Positions 1-7,395 of a stretch of DNA of 64,000 bases are shown here, piece after piece. Position 1 is the first letter of the stretch. The number at the start of each line of letters is the position of its first letter. The position numbers and the translations under genes are program-made. The notes below the pieces were generated by a model. That model did no database searches and had not been told where the DNA came from. It saw only the letters and a list, made by a program, of their open reading frames with translations. The DNA is from Chloroflexota bacterium (lineage in GTDB: Bacteria > Chloroflexota > Limnocylindria > Limnocylindrales > CSP1-4). The stretch spans positions 31,245-95,244 of the forward strand of contig JBFMEV010000001.1 of NCBI GenBank assembly GCA_040752335.1. The letters run 5' to 3'.

Positions 1-2072
1 GCAGCCGGTGTGGCGGCTGGCGTGGCGGGCGGGTTGGCTGGCGTCACGCCGAGCGTGGCGAGGGCCTCGCGGACCTGGGCCTCGAGGCCGGCGGCGTCGA
101 GTCGGAGCATCCGCCGCAGGTCGGCAACGGAGCCGTGGTCCACGAACCGGTCGCCGGGGATGCCCACGAGACGGACGGCCACGTCGCGGTAGGCTGGGTC
201 GGTGGCGCGAGCCTCTTCCATCGCCTCGAGGACGGCGCTCCCGAAGCCACCCGCGACGACGCTCTCCTCGAACGTCACGACGAGCCGGACGCCCCGCGCC
301 GCATCCAGGATCAGCTGGCGGTCCAAGGGCTTCACGAAGCGGGCGTTGATCACGCCGACGGACCAGCCGTCGCGCGCCAGCGCATCGGCGGCCTCGACCG
401 CCCGCATGACGATCGGCCCGAAGCCGACGAACAGCACGTCCCGGCCGTCGCGAAGGACCTCGCCCCGCCCCACCGCGATGACCGCCGGATCGGCGACCGC
501 CGGGAGACCGAACCCCGGGTCCCGCGGGTAGTGGAGGGCAAAGGGATGCTCCTGCGCCAGGGCGGTCCGGATGAGCGCCCGGAGCTCCTGCTCGTCCTTC
601 GGTGAGGCGACCACGAGGTACGGCAGCTGGCGCTGGGCCGGGATCGTGAACATGCCCTGGTGCGACGTCCCGTCCTCGCCGACCAGGCCCGCGCGGTCGA
701 CCCCGATCAGGACCGGCAGGTCGTTCTGGCAGACGTCGTGGACGGTCTGGTCGAAGGCCCGCTGGAGGAACGTCGAGTAGAGGGCGACGACGGGCCGCAT
801 CCCGCCGAGGGCGAGGCCCGCGGCGAGCGTCAGAGCATGCTGCTCGGCAATGCCGACGTCGATCGTCCGCTCGGGGAACTCGGCCGCGAACTTCGCCATG
901 CCGGTGCCGGTGGGCATGCCGGCCGTGATCCCCACGATCCGGCGATCGTCGCGGGCCAGCGCAAGGAGCTCGTCGGCGAAGACCGAGGTGTAGTTGGGGT
1001 GCTTCTTCGGGGCGTTCGGCTTCGACGCCGGCGGCACCGCGTCGCCGTTGGAGCCCGCCCCGTGCGGCATCGATGTCCCCGTCCCGTGCGGCATCGATGT
1101 CCCCGCCCCGTGCCCATGACGGTGCCCCGGATCGTGGGCATCGGCGCCCGGCGCAAGGTTCATCGGTGGCAGGGCGGCGCCGTGGAACGAGACCTGGTCC
1201 GTCTCGGCCGGCCGGTAGCCGCGGCCCTTCTGGGTCCGGACGTGGACGAGGACGGGGCCCTTGAGCTCGAGGACCCGCCCGAACGTCTCGAGGAGGGCAT
1301 GGAGGTCGTGGCCCGGCACGACGCCGATGTAGGTGATCCCGAGGTCCTCGAAGAGCTGGCCCGGCGAGGCCAGGTTCACCACGGACCGGCGCAGTCGCTG
1401 GCTCCACTCGAGAGCCCCGCCGCCGACGACCGGGATCTTCTCGACGAGTGAGTCGTAGGCCGTCTTGCTCTGCTGCCAGGCGACGCTCAGCTTGATCTTC
1501 GAGAGGTAGGTCGAGAAGGCGCCGACCGTCGGGCTGATCGACATCTCGTTGTCGTTGAGGACGATCAGGAGTTGGGTCCGCTTGTGGCCGATGTCGTTGA
1601 GGGCCTCGAGCGAGAGGCCGCTCATGAGCGCCGCGTCGCCGACGACGACCGCGACCCGCTCGAGGCCGTGGCGGAGGTCGCGGGCCGTGGCGAGCCCCTG
1701 GGCGATCGAGAGGCCCGTCCCAGCGTGGCCGCCGTCGAAGACGTCGTGCTCGCTCTCGCTGCGGCGCGGGAAGCCACCGATGCCATCGACCTGGCGGAGG
1801 GTCCCGAAGCGGTCGAGGCGCCCGGTCAGGAGCTTGTGGGCATAGGCCTGGTGGCCGGTGTCCCAGACGATCCGGTCGCGCGGCGATTCGAGGAGCCGGT
1901 GGAGGGCGATCGTCAGCTCGACGACCCCGAGCGAGGAGCCGAGGTGGCCGCCGGTCGTGGCGACGGTCTTGATGATCGTCTCGCGGAGCTCCGCGGCGAG
2001 GATCGCGAGCTGGCCCTCGTCGAGGCCGCGCAGGTCGCCCGGCCCGGTCAGGCGCTCGAGGATGGATGACAC
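1..2072 (-). CDS. dxs: 1-deoxy-D-xylulose-5-phosphate synthase (3' end runs off the window)
   Basis: It is absent from the ORF track because no stop lies inside the window. My own minus-strand translation from GTG 2072 gives VSSILERLTGPGDLRGL..TGGHLGSSLGVVELTIALH..DTGHQAYAHKLLTGR..VVVGDAALMSGLSLEALNDIG..LNDNEMSIS..ITAGMPTGTGM..EQHALTLAAGLA..GEDGTSHQG. An AGGAG lies about 11 nt upstream of the GTG. Confidence 0.9.
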   Translation of the reverse strand, partial: MSSILERLTGPGDLRGLDEGQLAILAAELRETIIKTVATTGGHLGSSLGVVELTIALHRLLESPRDRIVWDTGHQAYAHKLLTGRLDRFGTLRQVDGIGGFPRRSESEHDVFDGGHAGTGLSIAQGLATARDLRHGLERVAVVVGDAALMSGLSLEALNDIGHKRTQLLIVLNDNEMSISPTVGAFSTYLSKIKLSVAWQQSKTAYDSLVEKIPVVGGGALEWSQRLRRSVVNLASPGQLFEDLGITYIGVVPGHDLHALLETFGRVLELKGPVLVHVRTQKGRGYRPAETDQVSFHGAALPPMNLAPGADAHDPGHRHGHGAGTSMPHGTGTSMPHGAGSNGDAVPPASKPNAPKKHPNYTSVFADELLALARDDRRIVGITAGMPTGTGMAKFAAEFPERTIDVGIAEQHALTLAAGLALGGMRPVVALYSTFLQRAFDQTVHDVCQNDLPVLIGVDRAGLVGEDGTSHQGMFTIPAQRQLPYLVVASPKDEQELRALIRTALAQEHPFALHYPRDPGFGLPAVADPAVIAVGRGEVLRDGRDVLFVGFGPIVMRAVEAADALARDGWSVGVINARFVKPLDRQLILDAARGVRLVVTFEESVVAGGFGSAVLEAMEEARATDPAYRDVAVRLVGIPGDRFVDHGSVADLRRMLRLDAAGLEAQVREALATLGVTPANPPATPAATPA
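1061..1108. repeat. 24-bp tandem direct repeat (2 full copies plus partial flanks) inside dxs
   Basis: The units are cgtgcggcatcgatgtccccgtcc (1061-1084) and cgtgcggcatcgatgtccccgccc (1085-1108), with 1 mismatch. The repeat is in frame and encodes GTSMPHG(T/A) twice in a His/Gly-rich linker. Confidence 0.9.
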
Positions 2073-2455
2073 AGGTGGCGACGCTCCTGGAGCGGTGGGT
2101 GGCGGGAGTCTACCGTGGAATGACGGCCGCCCCGCCCGTTCCGTGGCGCGGGGCGCTGCCGACCGGAACGTGATACCACAGGCGCGCAGGTTTTACCAGC
2201 GCGACTCCGGCGCCGCACTCAGGCGCCGCCTGCCGGCGGCGCGCAGCTGGAACGCCCAGCGTGCGGTACCGCGGCCGTGAGGCCAGGTTGGCCCGTGACG
2301 TGGCCTCGGGGTGGCCGTCCGGATCGCAGGCCGATCCAGGCCGCGCGTGAACCCCCGATCCGTGTGCCTCCATCCCGCCGCAGCCGACGCACCGCACGCC
2401 CAGCGTTCCACGGCGTGCTCGGATCTACTCACGGCGCCGCACTCAGCCGCCGCGA

Positions 2456-2668
2456 CTAACGGCCGCGTCTCCAGGCTTGGACGATCCGGTTCACGTTCCG
2501 TCGAATCGCACCCGGCGGGTCGGGCTCTGGCACCCGGTCGTCCTCCGGGTCGACCGGACGGTCCTCGTAGTCGTCGCTCAGCGTGCGCATCGGGACGCCG
2601 ATCGTGCCGTCGGGGGCCAGGAAGGCCCCCGCATTCCTGACCGCCCGCCTGCGCTTGTTCCCTTCCAT
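2456..2668 (-). CDS. hypothetical small acidic/Pro-rich protein (70 aa from ATG 2668; the ORF track shows a TTG-extended 97-aa form reaching 2749)
   Basis: The ORF is MEGNKRRRAVRNAGAFLAPDGTIGVPMRTLSDDYEDRPVDPEDD.. with G/C-rich third codon positions. I recognise no motif, and I found no clear SD or -10 element. Confidence 0.3.
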   Translation of the reverse strand: MEGNKRRRAVRNAGAFLAPDGTIGVPMRTLSDDYEDRPVDPEDDRVPEPDPPGAIRRNVNRIVQAWRRGR

Positions 2669-2979
2669 GCCAGTCCCTTGAGCGTCTCGTGCACCGGCGT
2701 CGTCGATGCCGATCGTCCGTACCCTCGCCTTCCGCCAGCGGATGGTCAAGGGACGGATGGCACCTTTCGACGTTGATCACTCGGCTTTTTCGGCCCGACG
2801 AAGAGCCATCAGGCGAGCACCGTCTCGTAGCGCCGGCCGTCACTCGTGTAGCGGACTCGCACCGCGGGGCTCCGCCCCCTTTGGAACTGGTGCACCCCTT
2901 GCGACCGATGGAGCTGCCAATCATCCTTGTCCACGACCGCTCCCCCCGACTGTCCGCGGTTGGCACCCCTGGAGGCGAT

Positions 2980-3795
2980 GTGCCTGACCAGACGCGAACG
3001 ACGGCAAGTCGCCGGCAGGGCCCGTGGAGTGCGTGGAGCCTGAGCTTCTCGATTTTCGCGGGCACTGCCGCGGTGGCCGCCGTCATTGTCTCTGACTGGG
3101 GCGGAGGCGTTTCTGAGTCGTCCGTCTGGCTTGCGCGAGCGCTGGTCATCGCCGGCGGCTCGGCGACCGGAATCCTCGCCCCGCGAACCGCTTCTATCAG
3201 AGGGCGCGTCGCCGCGTTGGCCGGGCCCATCCCGCTGCTTGCTGCTGCCGGGGTCCTGATGGCCGGGCTCTCGCAATCGGCCGACGATCTGCCAGAGGTA
3301 GGCCGGATTCTCGGAATCGCGTTGTTGCTGTTCGACCTGCCGATGGCGGTGGTTTTCGGAATCCGAGCCTTAGGATCGGCCCGCCGCGGCGAGATGCTCT
3401 TCGCGCCAGCTGGCACGGTCCGCGAGGAAGACACTCGGAACCAGGAGCAGGACCTCGATCTCGACCGCGACACGGTTCACGGGCGCGCTGCGACGGTCGT
3501 TTCGGAATACCCCGAGGACGAGCGGGGCAAGGCGCACCTGGGAGTCGACGCGGCACCCGGCTGGCTCGTCGCCGTCATCAACTCGGCGAAGTTCGGTTGC
3601 CTGAGCGTTGGATTGATCGTCGCATGGACGGCTGCCGGGGTGACAATCATGATCGCTGGGTTTCTTGTCCTTGGCGCCGTCGACCCAAACCAGGGAGATG
3701 GCAACCCGATTCGGAGCGTTCCACCGCTCCTGGGGCTGGTCGTCGCCTCTCTCGGGTCAATCCTTTCGATCAGATGGTTGCGGGCCCGAGGCTAG
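2980..3795 (+). CDS. hypothetical polytopic membrane protein (orphan, lower-GC region)
   Basis: This is the C-terminal two thirds of ORF 2689..3795. It has several hydrophobic helices (FSIFAGTAAVAAVIV, ALVIAGGSATGIL, IPLLAAAGVLMAGL, ILGIALLLFDLPMAVVFGI, CLSVGLIVAWTAAGVTIMIAGFLVLGAV, LLGLVVASLGSILSI). An in-frame GTG at 2980 is preceded by GGAGG. Codon usage has weaker GC3 than neighbouring genes. Confidence 0.45.
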   Translation: MPDQTRTTASRRQGPWSAWSLSFSIFAGTAAVAAVIVSDWGGGVSESSVWLARALVIAGGSATGILAPRTASIRGRVAALAGPIPLLAAAGVLMAGLSQSADDLPEVGRILGIALLLFDLPMAVVFGIRALGSARRGEMLFAPAGTVREEDTRNQEQDLDLDRDTVHGRAATVVSEYPEDERGKAHLGVDAAPGWLVAVINSAKFGCLSVGLIVAWTAAGVTIMIAGFLVLGAVDPNQGDGNPIRSVPPLLGLVVASLGSILSIRWLRARG

Positions 3796-3826
3796 GCCAG
3801 CGCACACGCTTTCCCTCGGCATGACG

Positions 3827-4102
3827 TCACTCGGACTCGCGGGCGTCCTCGGGACGGACGTCGATGGCAGAGAGTGCCCCGCCGGCGCGGGTGACGAGCT
3901 GCTGGACCTTGAGCTCGGCGTCGGCGAGGAGCGCGGCACAGCGCTCGTGGAGGGCGACGCCACGCTCGTACAGCGCGATCGAGCGCTCGAGGGGCTGGCC
4001 GCCGGCCTCGAGCTCGGCGACGGTGCGCTGGAGCTCGGCGAGGGCGTCGTCGAATGAGAGCCTCTCGATGGGGGTCTCGGGCGCGTCAGTCGTCTCCGTC
4101 AC
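3827..4102 (-). CDS. xseB: exodeoxyribonuclease VII small subunit
   Basis: PIERLSFDDALAELQRTVAELEAGGQPLERSIALYERGVALHERCAALLADAELKVQQL matches the XseB helical-hairpin pattern. I start it at GTG 4102 because the upstream part of ORF 3827..4219 has out-of-frame-like TCG/CCG codon composition. Confidence 0.8.
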   Translation of the reverse strand: MTETTDAPETPIERLSFDDALAELQRTVAELEAGGQPLERSIALYERGVALHERCAALLADAELKVQQLVTRAGGALSAIDVRPEDARESE

Positions 4103-4226
4103 CGGGCTCCTCGTCGTGGCGGTCGAGCGCCCGCGAGATCCGCGGGGCGATGAAGAGCATACCGATGACGATCCCGCCGATGCCGGCGACCGCGGCGATC
4201 GCGGCGACCACGAGGACATCGGCCAT
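4086..4226 (-). CDS. small (46 aa) single-TM protein between xseA and xseB
   Basis: It is not in the ORF track because it is under 60 aa. My translation is MADVLVVAAIAAVAGIGGIVIGMLFIAPRISRALDRHDEEPGDGDD*. Third codon positions are almost all C/G, as in the solid genes here. The ATG lies 5 nt after the xseA stop, and the 3' end overlaps the xseB GTG by 17 nt. Confidence 0.5.
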   Translation of the reverse strand: MADVLVVAAIAAVAGIGGIVIGMLFIAPRISRALDRHDEEPGDGDD

Positions 4227-4231
4227 CGAGG

Positions 4232-5590
4232 TCAACCGCCCTCGCCGGCCGTGGCCGGGAACTCGCCCTTCGCGACCCGGACCCGGAGCGGGGTCCCCGC
4301 AGCGGCCTCAGCCGGGTCGCGGACGATCGCGCCGTCGGCCGTCCGGCGCACGATCGCGTAGCCGCGCTCGAGGGTCGCGCCGGGACCGAGCGCCCCGAGC
4401 GTCGCGCCGGCGGCCGCCAGCTGCGCCGCCGCCAGCGCCGTCCGCCTGACCACGAACACCGGCAGTCGCTCAGCCAGCCGCTCGTCGATCCGGTGGCCGT
4501 CGGCGATCCGCAGGCGGGCCGCCCGCGTCGCCCGCTCGAGCAGCTCACCGGCCCGTTCCCGCGAGGCGGCCAGCCGCGCCGCCGGGTGAAGCCGCTCCAG
4601 GAGCCGACGCTCGCCGACCACCTCGCGCTCGGCGGCGGCCACCACCCGTCCGGCCGCGGCGTGCATCCGCTCGGCACCCCGGGCCAGTGACGTCGCGAAC
4701 TCGGCCCGGTCCGGCACGACGAGCTCGGCTGCCGCCGACGGCGTCGGGGCCCGGACATCGGCCGCGAAGTCCGCGAGCGTGACATCGACCTCGTGGCCCA
4801 CGCCGCAGACCACGGGCAACGGATGAACAACGATCGCCCGGACGACCCGCTCGTCATTGAACGACCAGAGGTCTTCGGTCGAGCCGCCGCCCCGCGCGAG
4901 GATCGTGACCGAAGGCGCGTCTGCGGCCCGCCCCTCCCCCCGGAGCTCGGCCACGTGGCGCTCCAGGCGCCGGAACGCGCCCACGATCGACTGCGGACTC
5001 CCCTCCCCCTGGACCTGGCTGGCCACCAGGACGACCCGCGCGAGCGGCCAGCGGCGGGCGAGAACGTGGCAGATGTCCTTCCAGACCGCGCCCGTCGGCG
5101 ACGTGATGACCGCGATCGCGGCGGGGCGAGTAGGCAATCCGCGCTTCCGGGCGCTGTCGAACAGGCCCTCCGCCGACAGCCGGGCCTTGAGCTGCTCGAA
5201 CCGGATCGCGAGATCCCCCACCCCGGACGGCTGGATCGACTCGACGTAGAGCTGAAGCGCGCCCTGCGGCTCGTACAGGTCCACCCGCCCGTGGGCAACG
5301 ATCCGCAACCCAGTCTGGGGCTGGAAGGCCGACCGAACCCGCTCGTCGCGGAACCAGACACACTGGAGCTGCGACTTCTCGTCCTTCAGGGCGAAGTAGG
5401 CGTGCCCGGCCGTCGAGATCGTGACCCGCCCGACCTCGCCTTCGACCCACAGGTCACGGAGCCGCTCGTCGGCCCGGACCAGGGACGCGACGACCCGCGT
5501 TGCTTCGCCGACCGACAGGATCCGGACACCGAACGTCCCCGGCGCCGTGGCGGGGCGGGGGTCCTGCGGGGGCTCGCGACCGACGTCCAT
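4232..5590 (-). CDS. xseA: exodeoxyribonuclease VII large subunit
   Basis: The sequence has an OB-fold N-terminus (VRILSVGEATRVVASLV..LWVEGEVGRVTISTAGHAYFALKD) and ITSPTGAVWKDI..ARGGGSTEDLWSFNDE. The upstream part of ORF 4232..6067 overlaps efp and is spurious. ATG 5590 sits 7 nt downstream of a TACGAT hexamer, and ATG 5599 is an alternative start. Confidence 0.9.
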   Translation of the reverse strand: MDVGREPPQDPRPATAPGTFGVRILSVGEATRVVASLVRADERLRDLWVEGEVGRVTISTAGHAYFALKDEKSQLQCVWFRDERVRSAFQPQTGLRIVAHGRVDLYEPQGALQLYVESIQPSGVGDLAIRFEQLKARLSAEGLFDSARKRGLPTRPAAIAVITSPTGAVWKDICHVLARRWPLARVVLVASQVQGEGSPQSIVGAFRRLERHVAELRGEGRAADAPSVTILARGGGSTEDLWSFNDERVVRAIVVHPLPVVCGVGHEVDVTLADFAADVRAPTPSAAAELVVPDRAEFATSLARGAERMHAAAGRVVAAAEREVVGERRLLERLHPAARLAASRERAGELLERATRAARLRIADGHRIDERLAERLPVFVVRRTALAAAQLAAAGATLGALGPGATLERGYAIVRRTADGAIVRDPAEAAAGTPLRVRVAKGEFPATAGEGG

Positions 5591-5597
5591 CCCGACC

Positions 5598-5603
5598 ATC
5601 GTA
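5598..5603 (-). promoter_or_regulatory. -10-like hexamer TACGAT, 7 nt upstream of the xseA ATG 5590
   Basis: The minus strand reads cccgTACGATggtcgggATG. Confidence 0.35.
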
Positions 5604-5658
5604 CGGGTCCCGCGGCCGGTGCGATCCCTCCGCCCCGGCGAGCCTGCGGGCGGACGGT

Positions 5659-5679
5659 CCCGCGCCTGCGTCGCGCGGG
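5659..5679 (-). terminator. GC-rich hairpin just downstream of the efp stop
   Basis: The stem is cccgcgc (5659-5665) paired with gcgcggg (5673-5679), with a 7-nt loop. There is no U-tract. Confidence 0.3.
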
Positions 5680-5685
5680 CGACGG

Positions 5686-6243
5686 TCAGACCCGGGTCTG
5701 GTACTCCCCGGTCCGCGTGTCGACGCGGACGACGTCGCCCTCGGTCACGAACAGCGGCACCTGGACGACGAGGCCCGTCTCGAGGGTCGCCGCCTTCCGG
5801 GCGCCCTGCGCGGTGTCGCCGGCAAACCCGGGCTCGGTCTGGGTGACCGCGAGATCGACCGTGACCGGCAGCTCGACCCCGATCGTCTCGCCCTGGTACG
5901 TCGTCCGATCGAGGGTCATCCCGTCCTTCAGGTACTGGACGGCCTCGCCGAGCTGGTCGTCGCGGAGCATGAACTGGTCGTAGGTGTCGGTGTCCATGAA
6001 GTGGAAGTCGTCGCCGTCGCGGTACAGGAACTGGACGGGCCGGCGCTCCATGGACGCGCGCGGCCACTTCGTCCCGGCCTGGAACGAGCGCTCGATCGTC
6101 TGGCCGCGCTTGATGTTCCGGAGCGTGATCCGGACCTGGGCCGAGCCGCGGCCCATCTTGATGTGGTGGTAGTCGAGGATCTGCCAGAGGTCGCCATCGA
6201 GCTCGATGGCCACGCCCTTGCGCAGCTCGCCGGTGCTGATCAT
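5686..6243 (-). CDS. efp: translation elongation factor P
   Basis: The sequence reads MISTGELRKGVAIELDGDLWQILDYHHIKMGRGSAQVRITLRNIKRGQ..VTQTEPGFAGDTAQGARKAATLETG. An AGGAG lies upstream. Confidence 0.97.
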   Translation of the reverse strand: MISTGELRKGVAIELDGDLWQILDYHHIKMGRGSAQVRITLRNIKRGQTIERSFQAGTKWPRASMERRPVQFLYRDGDDFHFMDTDTYDQFMLRDDQLGEAVQYLKDGMTLDRTTYQGETIGVELPVTVDLAVTQTEPGFAGDTAQGARKAATLETGLVVQVPLFVTEGDVVRVDTRTGEYQTRV

Positions 6244-6377
6244 GGGATTGAGAGGCTCCTGGGCTGGCGCGCCGGGCGCGCCGTCAGCGGCCGCAGCGGG
6301 GTTCGTGGTGGTGGCGCAATTGTAGCCGAGGGGCCACGGGGAACCGCCCGGGGTCGAGGCTCGAGAGTGGAGCCGAG

Positions 6378-7253
6378 TCAGGGCGGCGGGATGCTCGCCA
6401 GCCGGAATCGACCGTCCAGGCCTCGGAGCTCCACCTCGCCGCGGTCCACGACGACGATCCCCGCGTCCCGCCCGAGGATCCGCGTCATCTCGCCGACGAC
6501 GATCTCGCCCGGCGCGGCGAGGGCCAGCATCCTCGCGACCTCGTGGATCGCCAGGCCGCGGATGTCATCGCCGGCCACCTCGATCTCGCCGGTGGTCACG
6601 GCCCCACGGGATGCGTGATCGATCTCGCGCAGTCGATCGCGGAGGGCGACCGCACACCGCAGGGCGCGGCCGGGGCTGTCGAAGGTCGCGAGGGCGCCGT
6701 CTCCGGTCAGCTTCACGAGCCGCCCGCGGTAGCGAACCATCGCGTCCCGGATCATCTCGTCGTGGGCCGCCAGCCGGTCGCCCCAGGCTCGATCTCCGAG
6801 CCGGGCCGCCGTCCCGGTGGAGTCAACGAGGTCGGTCATGAAGATCGTGGCCAGGACCCGTTCGGTCATGGCGGCAAGCGGCTCGAGCCAGGTCCGGGCG
6901 CCTCGCCATGCAATGGTCTCGAAGGGCTCGTTGCCGACCACCCAGGCATCGTGTCCGGCCGGGATGTCGGCGACGTCCCACGGCCCGAGCTCGTACTCGT
7001 CGCCGCTGTCGAGGTGGACGCGGAGCCGGCCGGCGAGGACGAGCCCGAGGTGGGCGACCTGGCACGAGTCGGTCCCCACGATCGGCTTGATGTGCGTCGA
7101 CCAGCGCCAGCCCGGCTGGTGGATGTCGTGACTGACGCTCATCCCGCCGATGTTGACCAGCGCCGATCGAACGAGGCCCGCCTCGATCAGGTCATCCGGC
7201 GCGAGGAGGCTCTTGGGCCGTGGTCGCGGTGCGCTCGCCTCCGGCACGGACAC
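6378..7253 (-). CDS. cupin-domain / class III nucleotidyl (adenylyl-type) cyclase fusion
   Basis: The N-terminal cupin-like core is HIKPIVGTDSCQVAHLGLVLAGRLRVHLDSGDEYELGPWDVADIPAGHDAWV. The C-terminal cyclase homology domain is ATIFMTDLVDSTG..LVKLTGDGALATF..GAVTTGEIEV..GLAIHEVARM. Confidence 0.85.
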   Translation of the reverse strand: MSVPEASAPRPRPKSLLAPDDLIEAGLVRSALVNIGGMSVSHDIHQPGWRWSTHIKPIVGTDSCQVAHLGLVLAGRLRVHLDSGDEYELGPWDVADIPAGHDAWVVGNEPFETIAWRGARTWLEPLAAMTERVLATIFMTDLVDSTGTAARLGDRAWGDRLAAHDEMIRDAMVRYRGRLVKLTGDGALATFDSPGRALRCAVALRDRLREIDHASRGAVTTGEIEVAGDDIRGLAIHEVARMLALAAPGEIVVGEMTRILGRDAGIVVVDRGEVELRGLDGRFRLASIPPP

Positions 7254-7260
7254 TGCTGCC

Positions 7261-7383
7261 TCAGAGCTCGTCGCCGTCGCGGAGGGCCCGGAGGCGGACG
7301 TGGTACTCGGCCATGTCGATCTCGCCGCGGGCGAGGCGCTGGCGGAGTGCCTGCTCGAATTGCCCGCCGACGTCCGGTGTCAT
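7261..7383 (-). CDS. SHOCT-like small protein (40 aa)
   Basis: It is not in the ORF track because it is under 60 aa. The product is MTPDVGGQFEQALRQRLARGEIDMAEYHVRLRALRDGDEL*. The L..R.ARGEI...EY..R...L pattern is typical of SHOCT/DUF2078-type short C-terminal domains. GC3 is high, and the stop lies 7 nt before the cyclase GTG. Confidence 0.55.
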   Translation of the reverse strand: MTPDVGGQFEQALRQRLARGEIDMAEYHVRLRALRDGDEL

Positions 7384-7389
7384 TGCGGC

Positions 7390-7395
7390 ACTCTA
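7390..7395 (-). promoter_or_regulatory. -10-like hexamer TAGAGT, 6 nt upstream of ATG 7383
   Basis: The minus strand reads gtcgcTAGAGTgccgcaATG. It has the same GCTAGAGT-N6-ATG layout as ppa. Confidence 0.45.

Noticed and set aside
2809-2935. On the minus strand, the segment ..VVDKDDWQLHRSQGVHQFQRGRSPAVRVRYTSDGRRYETVLA* is faintly HicA-like (GW....R..GSH..F). It lies upstream of the 70-aa ORF, which would suggest a hicAB-like pair.
   Set aside because: The only in-frame start leaves about 40 aa. The region after the GSH-like motif does not match HicA, and the upstream part of ORF 2809..3276 is junk. At best this is a decayed fragment. It is mentioned only as part of the islet.
2193-3473. This is a 426-aa minus-strand ORF spanning the islet.
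   Set aside because: Its composition is Arg/Ser/Pro-rich with no motifs. It overlaps the better-supported plus-strand membrane protein and crosses the repeat-rich non-coding stretch.
5600-6067. These are long N-terminal extensions of real genes as listed in the ORF track. One example is xseA listed as 4232..6067. Others occur for aspS to 29453, murJ to 42511, xerC to 43062, dprA to 49159, the M20 dipeptidase to 62144 and the receiver-TadZ/CpaE-like ATPase gene to 51927.
   Set aside because: The extensions overlap the upstream gene in another frame and are Arg/Pro-rich. They also precede an internal start that has an ATGA/GTGA overlap, an SD sequence or a -10 element, and that yields a normal-length protein.
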